DNA of 64,000 nt from Octopus sinensis (taxonomy: Eukaryota), in the NCBI RefSeq assembly GCF_006345805.1, contig NC_042997.1, positions 31,806,001 to 31,870,000 of the forward strand, read 5' to 3'. Position 1 is the stretch's first letter; each line of letters opens with the position of its first letter. The notes beneath the pieces are model-generated. The model did no database searches and was not told the DNA's origin. It was given only the letters and a program-made list of their open reading frames with translations. The position numbers and the translations under genes were made by a program. This document shows, in pieces, positions 1-10,597 of the stretch.

Positions 1-87
1 ACATATATACATATAAGGAAATAATTTTATGCTATATAATAATATAGCATGAACAAGATAAACTATCCATATTCTACAGAAAATTCT

Positions 88-167
88 GTCGGCAGCCAGC
101 CATGAGACTGGAACTCGCATCCCTAAGATTACGCGTCAAGTGCTTTACCATTAAGCTAAACTGCCCC
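88..167 (-). pseudogene. Degenerate tRNA-Thr(CGT)-like Pol III head
   Basis: Minus strand gggcagtttagcttaatggtaaagcacttgacgcgtaatcttagggatgcgagttccagtc, with A-box-like TAGCTTAATGG, loop cgCGTaa and B-box-like GAGTTCCAGTC. Stems are imperfect. Confidence 0.55.
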
Positions 168-343
168 AACGATAGATTCTTCTGCAAATTTAGGATCTAT
201 AAATCTAGCTTTATAAGACGCTCTCGTAGTTGAAAGTCAACAAATAAATTTTGCTTTAGAAGCGTTGAGAGGTACTGAAAGATACAGATAATCTCAACGC
301 TTCTAAAGCAAACTTTGTTGACTTCCACGTAACTTGAATTAAA

Positions 344-381
<38 letters not shown>

Positions 382-548
382 GTGTGTGTGTGTAAGTATG
401 TATATATATATAATATATATATATCAACAATCAAGGAACGGCCATAATAGGCCATTCACCCACTAGAAATAACAGCCAAAGCTTCAAAACCGCAAATAAA
501 GATCAATTCCGTAAACAGGAGAAAATTTAAAAAAACATTTACCCTGTA

Positions 549-654
549 ATTTCTTGTACGATGCACCGTTTCGTCTGCTGTTTAATGGTAAACTAACCTG
601 ATTAATTAAATCAAGCCAATCTTCCATAGGCCCTCAGATTCTTCAGCAAGAAAT
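549..654 (-). ncRNA. Type I hammerhead ribozyme, extended stem II (array copy 1)
   Basis: Minus strand reads atttcttg-CTGAAGA-(67 nt hairpin)-GAAAC-ggtgcatc-GTA-caagaaat. Stem I is an 8-bp perfect helix; predicted cleavage 3' of A557. Confidence 0.8.
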
Positions 655-1045
655 AGCCAAGTCGGAACAGATATTTTCACGAGGCATTTCCGACCCTGCC
701 AAGGCAATATCTGACCTAAAATTTTCAAATCGTCGTCGCACTCGCGCCAAATTTATCGGCAGCAAATAAATATAAGCCGTCGATTCCATTACGGAATTAA
801 CCAGAAAATTCATAATTAATCAATATAGGGTGGTGAAAAAAATTTTGTAGAATTCTTTTTGCCACCAGCGGCCTAGTGGGAAAAAATTAAATAGTCATAG
901 ACCATTTTTAAATCAACATCAACAATCAAGGAACGGCCATAATAGGCCATTCACCCACTAGAATAACAGCCAAGCTTCAACACAAACCGCAAATAAAGAT
1001 CAATTCCGTAAACAGGAGAAAATTTAAAAAAACATTTACCCTGTA

Positions 1046-1152
1046 ATTTCTTGTACGATGCACCGTTTCGTCTGCTGTTTAATGGTAAACTAACCTGATT
1101 AAATTAAATCAAGCCAATCTTCCATAGGCCCTCAGATTCTTCAGCAAGAAAT
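1046..1152 (-). ncRNA. Type I hammerhead ribozyme, extended stem II (array copy 2)
   Basis: Same motif as copy 1 with a 68-nt stem II; CTGAAGA at 1144-1138, cleavage-site A at 1054. Confidence 0.8.
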
Positions 1153-1535
1153 AGCCAAGTCGGAACAGATATTTTCACGAGGCATTTCCGACCCTGCCAA
1201 GGCAATATCTGACCTAAAATTTTCAAATCGTCGCACTCGCGCCAAATTTATCGGCAGCAAATAAATATAAGCCGTCGATTCCATTACGGAATTAACCAGA
1301 AAATTCATATTAATCAATATAGGGTGGTGAAAAAATTTTGTAGAATTCTTTTTGCCACCAGCGGCCTAGTGGGAAAAAATTAAATAGTCATAGACCATTT
1401 TTAAGTTCAACATCAACAATCAAGGAACGGCCATAATAGGCCATTCACCCACTAGAAATAACAGCCAAAGCTTCAACCGCAAATAAAGATCAATTCCGTA
1501 AACAGGAGAAAATTTAAAAAAACATTTACCCTGTA

Positions 1536-1642
1536 ATTTCTTGTACGATGCACCGTTTCGTCTGCTGTTTAATGGTAAACTAACCTGATTAAATTAAATC
1601 AAGCCAATCTTCCATAGGCCCTCAGATTCTTCAGCAAGAAAT
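1536..1642 (-). ncRNA. Type I hammerhead ribozyme, extended stem II (array copy 3)
   Basis: Same motif; CTGAAGA at 1634-1628, cleavage-site A at 1544. Confidence 0.8.
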
Positions 1643-2496
1643 AGCCAAGTCGGAACAGATATTTTCACGAGGCATTTCCGACCCTGCCAAGGCAATATCT
1701 GACCTAAAATTTTCAAATCGTCGCACTCGCGCCAAATTTATCGGCAGCAAATAAATATAAGCCGTCGATTCCATTACGGAATTAACCAGAAAATTCATAA
1801 TTAATCAATATAGGGTGGTGAAAAAAATTTTGTAGAATTCTTTTTGCCACCAGCGGCCTAGTGGGAAAAAATTAAATAGTCATAGACCATTTTTAAGTTC
1901 AACATCAACAATCAAGGAACGGCCATAATAGGCCATTCACCCACTAGAAATAACAGCCAAAGCTTCAACCGCAAATAAAGATCAATTCCGTAAACAGGAG
2001 AAAATTTAAAAAATTTAAAAAATTTAAAAAATTTAAAAATTTAAAAATTTAAAAAATTTAAAAAATTTAAAAAATTTAAAAAAATTTAAAAAAAACATTT
2101 ACCCTGTAAATTACAGGGTAAATGTTTTTTTAAATTTTCTCCTGTTTACGGAATTGATCTTTATTTGCGGTTGAAGCTTTGGCTGTTATTTCTAGTGGGT
2201 GAATGGCCTATTATGGCCGTTCCTTGATTGTTGATGTTGAACTTAAAAATGGTCTATGACTATTTAATTTTTTCCCACTAGGCCGCTGGTTGGCAAAAGA
2301 ATTCTACAAAATTTTTTTCACCACCCTATATTGATTAATTATGAATTTTCTGGTTAATTCCGTAATGGAATCGACGGCTTATATTTATTTGCTGCCGATA
2401 AATTTGGCGCGAGTGCGACGATTTGAAAATTTTAGGTCAGATATTGCCTTGGCAGGGTCGGAAATGCCTCGTGAAAATATCTGTTCCGACTTGGCT

Positions 2497-2603
2497 ATTT
2501 CTTGCTGAAGAATCTGAGGGCCTATGGAAGATTGGCTTGATTTAATTTAATCAGGTTAGTTTACCATTAAACAGCAGACGAAACGGTGCATCGTACAAGA
2601 AAT
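2497..2603 (+). ncRNA. Type I hammerhead ribozyme, extended stem II (array copy 4)
   Basis: atttcttg 2497-2504, CTGAAGA 2505-2511, stem II 2512-2579, GAAA 2580-2583, near-palindromic stem III acggtgcatcgt, GTA with A2595, caagaaat 2596-2603. Confidence 0.82.
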
Positions 2604-2986
2604 TACAGGGTAAATGTTTTTTTAAATTTTCTCCTGTTTACGGAATTGATCTTTATTTGCGGTTGAAGCTTTGGCTGTTATTCTAGTGGGTGAATGGCCT
2701 ATTATGGCCGTTCCTTGATTGTTGATGTTGAACTTAAAAATGGTCTATGACTATTTAATTTTTTCCCACTAGGCCGCTGGTGGCAAAAAGAATTCTACAA
2801 AATTTTTTTCACCACCCTATATTGATTAATTATGAATTTTCTGGTTAATTCCGTAATGGAATCGACGGCTTATATTATTTGCTGCCGATAAATTTGGCGC
2901 GAGTGCGACGACTTGAAAATTTTAGGTCAGATATTGCCTTGGCAGGGTCGGAAATGCCTCGTGAAAATATCTGTTCCGACTTGGCT

Positions 2987-3091
2987 ATTTCTTGCTGAAG
3001 ATCTGAGGGCCTATGGAAGATTGGCTTGATTTAATTTAATCAGGTTAGTTACCATTAAACAGCAGACGAAACGGTGCATCGTACAAGAAAT
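2987..3091 (+). ncRNA. Type I hammerhead ribozyme (array copy 5, one A missing after the core)
   Basis: Same motif, reading ctgaag-atctg (1-nt deletion); GAAA 3068-3071, cleavage-site A3083. Confidence 0.7.
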
Positions 3092-3317
3092 TACAGGGTA
3101 AATGTTTTTTTAAATTTTCTCCTGTTTACGGAATTGATCTTTATTTGCGGTTGAAGCTTTGGCTGTTATTTCTAGTGGGTGAATGGCCTATTATGGCCGT
3201 TCCTTGATTGTTGATGTTGAACTTAAAAATGGTCTATGACTATTTAATTTTTTCCCACTAGGCCGCTGGTGGCAAAAAGAATTCTACAAAATTTTTTTCA
3301 CCACCCTATATTGATTA

Positions 3318-3351
<34 letters not shown>

Positions 3352-3401
3352 AACACACACAAACACACACACACACACATATATATATATAAGATCTCTA
3401 A

Positions 3402-3799
3402 TGTAAGGTCTCTAATAATTGTAATATTGACAATGTAATTTATAAATGTATAGTAAGCTCTAAGAACAATAATAATAAAAATATAAATAATCTATATATA
3501 GGATCTACAGCTAATCAAATTAAAAACAGAATCTCCCATCACTACCACACTTTCAAAAATCATAATTTAAGTAAGTCCACAAGTTTTGGTAAATATATAT
3601 GGGAATTGAAATTTAGAAAAAGAGAGTACATCCTTTGAATATAATAGGTAGAGTCCACTCTTATAAGATTGGAGATAAAATGTGCTTATTGGAGATAAAA
3701 CAGCTACATTCTAGAGATAAATTTCTTGATATATACGATGAAAGAGGAGTTAAATGTGGACACCAAAGTAAGTTTACTTTCAATAAAATGAAATTCTGA
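3402..3799 (+). mobile_element. Penelope-like element GIY-YIG endonuclease remnant (element 3' end)
   Basis: Manual translation CKVSNNCNIDNVIYKCIV...LYIGSTANQIKNRISHHYHTFKN...SFGKYIWELK, a frameshift near 3640, then SYKIGDKMCLLE...KCGHQSKF. This matches the PLE EN layout (CxxxxxC, VIY, YIG, R..H, C-terminal C.H..KF). Confidence 0.8.
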
Positions 3800-4732
3800 A
3801 CCATCCTACTTGAATCTAATAACCACACAATTTTGATTTCTACAGTAGTTGAATAGATTATATAAATAATTAAATAAATCAATTAATTAAATATTATGAA
3901 ATACTATATTATAACAAATTATATATATCCCTCAAAATAGTTGGATAGAATATAATAAGAGAAAAATATAATTTAATTTAAACTGTGCATAGTGGAATTA
4001 CCCTTCTTAGAAATAATCACCTAGTGGATATGTATCTTTATTTTTCACATTTAATCAAAGACATCTCCATTCTGATTTATAATTTTATATTCTATATTTG
4101 TCATTCTAAGTTTGATATATGTATGCTAATTTATATCTATAATTTATAATTTTTAGTTTTTTTATTTTGTAAAGCTTGTATTTATTTTTTTAATTTTTAA
4201 AAGTTGCTTAATTTTTAATATTTAATTTAACGCTTATGGTGAAGTAAAATAGCTCAACAATATTTTGAAAAATGAACCTGAAGATGAGTTGGTAGAATTA
4301 TAAAACATGATTACATATATTTTCATCTTCCAATACTGAAGTTCTTTCCGAATGGTAATTTTAACTTAAGTAAGAGATAATTAAAGAAGTATATTTTATG
4401 TCCTGCTATTGTACTGGTTTTATCCTCAAGTATTTTTTTCTTGATGTGCATATAAATACCACGAGTGTTCTATCAAAAATACTCAAAAGAAAACGGCGAT
4501 GCATCAGCATGTCTGCAGCTCTGAGCTGAAACTAGAAAAAAAAATGTTATTTTTGCCATTATAGGAAATGGTATACTCGCAAATCTATAGAATGAAATTT
4601 CAATAACTATATATATATATATAAACAAGAAGGGTAGTAATATTATTTACTACCAGGTGCCCAGCACAAAAGACGAATTAGTCATAAGACAAAAATATTA
4701 TTCATATAGAAAAATATTATTCATGTAGTTAT

Positions 4733-4881
4733 ACAATTAAGGGCTCCTAAATTAAGATGCCGAGTGCTGGGAACACAAAAAGGGGATGAATTTATCGAGA
4801 GTGAAAATCAAACTCTCGATAAATTCATCCCCTTTTTGTGTTCCCAGCACTCGGCATCTTAATTTAGGAGCCCTTAATTGT
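4733..4881. repeat. Perfect 70-bp inverted repeat with a 9-nt spacer
   Basis: 4733-4802 is the exact reverse complement of 4812-4881; spacer gaaaatcaa. Confidence 0.95.
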
Positions 4882-5577
4882 GTATATATATATATATATA
4901 TATAATATATATATATAGTATATGATTTAACCAATTAAGCAAATTCATATTTATGAAAATGGAGGAGATTAGATGTTAAAATGGATTATAGTTTTTATTT
5001 CTCATGCTGCTATACAATTTGTTTCGTACAGAAAGACAGAGATATTCATAACAGAAAATCTGAGTTGTCAGAAAATACCCGTCGGTAGCTTGGATAACAA
5101 CTAAAATGACGTTAGAAGTACGTAGGCTTGATGTTAGTAATCATGTTATAATATGTTCTTCTTCTTGGAGTCATGTCTATTTTAAACACGACTAAAAAAA
5201 TATAAACTGGATGATAATATATAAAATAATATTAAAATATTAGAGGCTGATATTCTCTCTATGAATTTCTATATATGTGTTTATTTTAAACTTCCATAAA
5301 TGAGGTAAATTAACTGGTGAGGCTGTATTTTGTTAGGATAGGAAATCCAAATAAGGAAGTAAAGAATTTTCAAATACAGAAAACTAATATTTGTATTTAA
5401 CTGTCAATTATCATTACGACGAATTAAATGGAAAAAATGTTTAATAGTAATCACTAATAATTTCAGGTTTATACAATTTATAATTAAAGCACTTAATTGT
5501 AAATAATAGGTCTATTATTGTTGTATTTAGGAATGATGATTTTGCCAGTTTAGCCAATAAAAACACACGCACTATAT

Positions 5578-5721
5578 ATAAGGTTGTCCCAAAAGTTCGT
5601 AGAAAATCTTGGAAGATAATGGTCTTTATTTTGAGGAATAATTTTTGTTGTTTTTGTTAGTACTTGGCGAGTAAAAATTCAATTTTCGCAAGTGTTTACG
5701 AACTTTTGGGACAACCTAATA
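5578..5721. mobile_element. Mariner-type MITE (about 140 bp)
   Basis: 21-bp TIRs aggttgtcccaaaagttcgta (5581-5601) and tacgaacttttgggacaacct (5697-5717), TA-flanked. Confidence 0.8.
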
Positions 5722-6004
5722 TTTGGTGTTACTTTGCTTCGGCGTTATTTACTTTTTACATTAATCTTAATCTTATTTCGGCCAGAGTTCTTTCGTCACA
5801 CTTCTGTGACCTCATCAGTGGTTCTTTGCTTTCTTCTTTCTTGTTTGTGTGTCCCTCCTTAGTAACGGTCAGCCATTTTGTATTTTGTATTCCTATTGTA
5901 TGTGTCTTCATTTGCGCATGCGTATGTGTGTCTATGTTTAGTTAGTGTGTGTGGGGGGAGTGCCTGTAATATTTGTATCTCCTGTTTATATACGTTCGTG
6001 TAAT

Positions 6005-6332
6005 TTGTTTTTGTTTATTTTTGTTTATTTTGTTCTTGTGTTTACACCTACTTATTTATTTACTTATATATTTTTTAATTCTTATTTAAAAATTTTTTAA
6101 TGTATATAGTTATTTACTTCCATTTGTTTATTTATCTGGGTATTTTATTATGGTTTTAGTTTTGTTTATATTGTTACCAGTTTATGGGGATTTTCTGTCG
6201 TAATAAAATACACAAATAAATAAACAAATGGAAGTAAATAACTATATACATAAAAAAAAAATAAAAAAAATAAAAAGTAGGTGTAAACACATGAACAAAA
6301 TAAAAATAAACAAAAATAAACAAAAATAAACA
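6005..6332. repeat. AT-rich imperfect inverted repeat (about 140-bp arms, about 50-bp spacer)
   Basis: gtgtttacacctact...ttacttccatttgtttatttat...gtattttatta is mirrored by taataaaatac...ataaataaacaaatggaagtaa...agtaggtgtaaacac. Confidence 0.8.
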
Positions 6333-6371
6333 AGATATACATCGGTCGGAAAATATGTTATCTACATATAG

Positions 6372-6790
6372 GCGTGGCTGTGTAAGGCGCAGGCATGCCA
6401 TAAGAAGCTTGCTTCCCAACCATATGGATCCGAGTTCAGTCACACTGCGTGGCACCGTAGAAGGGTGTCTTCTGCTATAGCCTCGAGTGGACGAGTGTCT
6501 TCTACTAGAGTCTTGTGAGTAGATTTGGTTGACGGAAACGAAAAGAAACCCGTCGTATTCATATGTATGTGTGTGCCGGTGCATGTTTGTGTATGTGTTT
6601 GTCACCCCCACCCCCAATCACAACCTGACACCCGTTGTTGGTGTGTTTATGTCCACTAACCTAGCGGTTCGGGAAAATACCCATAGAGTAAGTACAAGGT
6701 TTTAAAAAAAAAGTGCTGGGATCGATTTGTTTGACTAAAACCCTTCAATGCGATGTTCTAGCATGGCCACAGTCAGATGACTGAAACAAG
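6372..6790 (+). mobile_element. tRNA-derived SINE (family A, internal (TG)n)
   Basis: Head ggcgtggctgtg...agaagcttgcttcccaaccat...gagttcagtc, homologous to 43531-43996 and 46013-46130. Confidence 0.75.
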
Positions 6791-7649
6791 TAAAAGAATA
6801 ACAGAATAAAAGAATATATATGTGTGTATGTGTGTGTGTGTGTGTGTGTGTGGTTGTATTCATATGTATTTGTATGCACACGCGTAAACGCACACATACA
6901 GAATGGCAATCATATAATGACGGTCACTCAATGCCAGATTTATACAAAACACGATTGCGAAGTGTACGTCTTGATATATGTAATTTTATATTTGGACAGG
7001 AGTTTAGTCTTATAACAACGAACTTACAGGGTAATACTCTTCCGTGTGCGCATTAATGAAATACACTTTGATTTTTTTCCTAATCCAAATAGCAAAGTGT
7101 GACGTATATTGGCGTGTTTGTTTTGAAATAAATATATATTCTTGCTGAGCGACTAATTAGATTACGTGTCAACAAGGCACCACAAATATTTTGGCCATAC
7201 TTAGTCAAGCTGACCTCAAGAAATGTATATGAAAAGACTGCCAAACATAGTTATATCAAGAAACATCTCTATATCTATCTCGTGCACGAAAAGTGTGCGT
7301 AGTGTGTGCTTGAGTGTGCACATGTGCTTGGTGTAAATATATACGGTGGTGGTAGGAATAACAAGTTGTGACATCGAAGGCTTTCTGTGGGATATAAGCG
7401 GTTTAAAGGAAACAAATTGGCGCACAAACCTTTAATCGATAGCACTGGCAGCGATCAGGCACCAATCTTGTCTTACATACTTCCCAGAGTATCACAAAAT
7501 ATCCTGAACAAGAGTTACTGTTAAACGCTATAGATTTGATGAAAGGCGAGGCAAATACAAGAGAGGAACATTTTTCTATGTATTGATAAACTTTATATAC
7601 AAAACAATGGCAGGCCTATAACAACAAGCAAAAGACGAGAACAAAGAAG

Positions 7650-7655
7650 ATAGAA

Positions 7656-7697
<42 letters not shown>

Positions 7698-7718
7698 AAT
7701 AACGATAATAGTAATAAA

Positions 7719-7756
<38 letters not shown>

Positions 7757-7884
7757 TAAAAATAATAATAATAAAAATAAAAATAATAAAATAATAATAA
7801 TAATAACAACAATAATAATAATAGTAGTACTAATAATAATAATAATAATATTGATGGCATGCACTGCTATTTCACTCAATAATG

Positions 7885-7939
<55 letters not shown>

Positions 7940-8034
7940 TAAAAATAAAAATAATAATAACAACAATGATAATAGTAGTAGTAGTAGTAATAATAATAAT
8001 AATAATATTGATGGCATGCACTGCTATTTCACTC

Positions 8035-8095
<61 letters not shown>
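7650..8095. repeat. (TAA)n tract containing two 26-28-nt retroelement 3'-end fragments
   Basis: gatggcatgcactgctatttcactca at 7853-7878 and 8010-8035 is the reverse complement of the terminus at 19451-19476 (2 mismatches). Confidence 0.85.
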
Positions 8096-8776
8096 TGAAC
8101 GAATGGAAAAAAACATGAAGGCGAAAAAAAAAAGCAGGAAATAAAAATGCAAACCAAATTTACAGGAAATTCATTACTGCGCTTTTTAGCGTGACCTTCG
8201 ATGTAATGGATCAAACACACTATGAAGAAGTGAAGAGATATCAAATAATGTGTATCTCGGATTTATATGCATTTAAAGGCTTTGCAATGTGAAAGGTTTT
8301 GTGAGATTTTGGGGCATGGGGGAAAAAAAACTAATAAAAAATAAATAAGAAATCCAATAACAGATTGTATTATGCTATATAACAAGGTACCATGCTTTCA
8401 GCTCGGCTCAGAAATGACGCCTGGTTTATTGAATTAATTTACGTAAGCGTTATCTAGTTATCTAGTTTAACTCTTTTAATATGTTCGCTTGTGTGTGTAT
8501 GTGTGTGTATGTCGGTATGTGGTGTGTGTGTGTGTGTGTGTGTTCGTGTGTGTGAATGTAATGTATGTATGTATGTATGTATTTTGGTGCTTCCCCAGCC
8601 AACATTAATCAATGATGTGCGATGAATTGTCATTGTATTGTTGTTTCATTCGATTACTGAATTACATTCATCGCAAATACACCACAGACTGGATAATATG
8701 AGGCATAATAAGATAATATACATAGAAATAAGTGTGTGCGTATATGTGTATATATATATATATGTATGATTATATG

Positions 8777-8807
<31 letters not shown>

Positions 8808-9609
8808 GTGTGTATATATGTATAAATATATATATATATAATATCCATATAATATATATATAAATAATACATACATATTTATACATAGAGACATATGTAT
8901 GTATATATAAATATATATGAGCACATATACTTATATATGTATGTATCTGTATATGTGTGTGTGTCTATATATATATATATACATACATACATAGACGCAT
9001 GCATGTATACACGCATACATATAAACATCATTGCTTGTCTGCCTTAAAACAACCTCAAATTTTCTCAAGATACCTTTTCCAAAATATTTCCACAAACTTA
9101 AAGATAAAGTCTCCCACGATAATATATGAAGAAAAACAAAAACGCAATTTTATTTACACGCACACATACATGCATGCACACATGCGCACTCAACGTTTTT
9201 CTCTCTAAATTCTTATGGTGTCTCAACTGGTTTTTTTTGTTTATTTTCTAAATCCTGTATCCACTAGGAATTGCTCAACTATCTATCTTCCATCTTTGAT
9301 GATATTTGTCACACATTACTAGTCTGATGTTATCTGCGTCGGAGTCATTGTCCACAACTAATTTTGGTTCTCGCACTGTTCTTAGACATATGCAGGTTGC
9401 GATGATAGAGGAAAAGTTGTTGCATCTTGCATTTCTGAATTTTCTGCAGGACTTCCTATCACCATTCACTCGAAACATCCTCTAAAACCAAGATACTCCT
9501 AACGCCTTTCCAAAAATAATTTATGCGGCTATCAATAGACTATTAAGGACAAGTTTCCCTTAAATTGCAATCAGCAGTATTGGTTTCGAATTTTGATGAA
9601 AACACCCCC

Positions 9610-9996
9610 CAAAAAAAACAGTAAGATCAAAGGTGGGGGAAAATCGATTTCATCGACGCCAGTGTTCAACTGGAAGTTGTTTTATCGAGCTGGAACGGAT
9701 GAAAAGTAAACTCAATCTCGGCTGAATTTGAACTCGGAACGTAAAGACGGGCGAAATACTGCTAAGTATTTGGTCGGGAATTGTAACGATTCTTTTCTAC
9801 TCTTGGCACAGGGATCGAAACTTTTGGGGAAGGGGATCAGTCGATTAGATCAACCCCAGTACGCAACTGGTACCTAATTTATATACCCCGTAAGGTAAAG
9901 TCGACCTCGGCGGAATTTGAACTCAGAACGTAAAGACAGACGAAATATCGCTTAGCATTTCGCCCGGCGTGCTAACGTTTCTGCCAGCTCGCCGCC
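9610..9996 (-). mobile_element. tRNA-like SINE (family B), tandem partial copies
   Basis: Reverse complement of ggcggcgagctggcagaaacgttagcacgccgggcgaaatg...gagttcaaattccgccgaggtcgac; same family as 42800-43360, 44403-44630, 46131-46352, 48680-48840 and 50645-51255. Confidence 0.8.
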
Positions 9997-10484
9997 TTAA
10001 TTAGCCATATTATTTATTGGCTTACTAACCATTTTGCTCGTTGTTGACTATTTATTTGCTTGCATTGTCTTTCCACCAAAGTCTTTCTTTTAGGTCAAAT
10101 TATTAAAACCGAACATCATGCTCATCCGTTATCCCGGTTTGAAAGCAAACATGTTTACTTTCACCAAACCACAACAATATTTATATGATCGCTACCGTGA
10201 CACTCTAGTTATGTTACATGCTTGAAACTCTTCAATAAACGTCTGTAGATCCTGGTACTGTGTTCAGTGCTTTTTGTCTTAACCTAGGATTGGTGATGTA
10301 AATCGTAGCACAGTGCTTGAGTCAATGAAATTACTGATGTTGTTATTGTTGTGTGAAGGTGTTATAATTTTTTTCTGATTTTGTCAAGGCTGATGATCAA
10401 AACTTGTATCCGTATTATGCATACTCACGCACACACACACATAAACACACATACACACACATATTATGTACATTTGTGTATATG

Positions 10485-10546
<62 letters not shown>

Positions 10547-10552
10547 ATATAC

Positions 10553-10597
<45 letters not shown>

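Larger units (their letters stand above)
424..3320. repeat. Tandem array of about 490-bp monomers arranged as a head-to-head palindrome (about 3.4 units left, 2.5 units right), flanked by (TA)n
   Basis: The unit motif aacatcaacaatcaaggaacggcc recurs at about 424, 915, 1409 and 1901. From 2111 the sequence is the reverse complement of the same unit. Centre: accctgtaa-a-ttacagggt (2101-2119). Confidence 0.97.

Noticed and set aside
424-3320. CRISPR array or Helitron terminus interpretation of the 490-bp repeat
   Set aside because: Units are identical along their whole length with no unique spacers. The hairpin+CTAG (ggccataataggcc...cactag) is internal and not followed by T; the hammerhead explains the unit better.
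4265-4330. CTGAAGA...aaaac-atga downstream of the PLE endonuclease
   Set aside because: GAAA is mutated and stems II and III are not formable; at most a decayed pLTR hammerhead.
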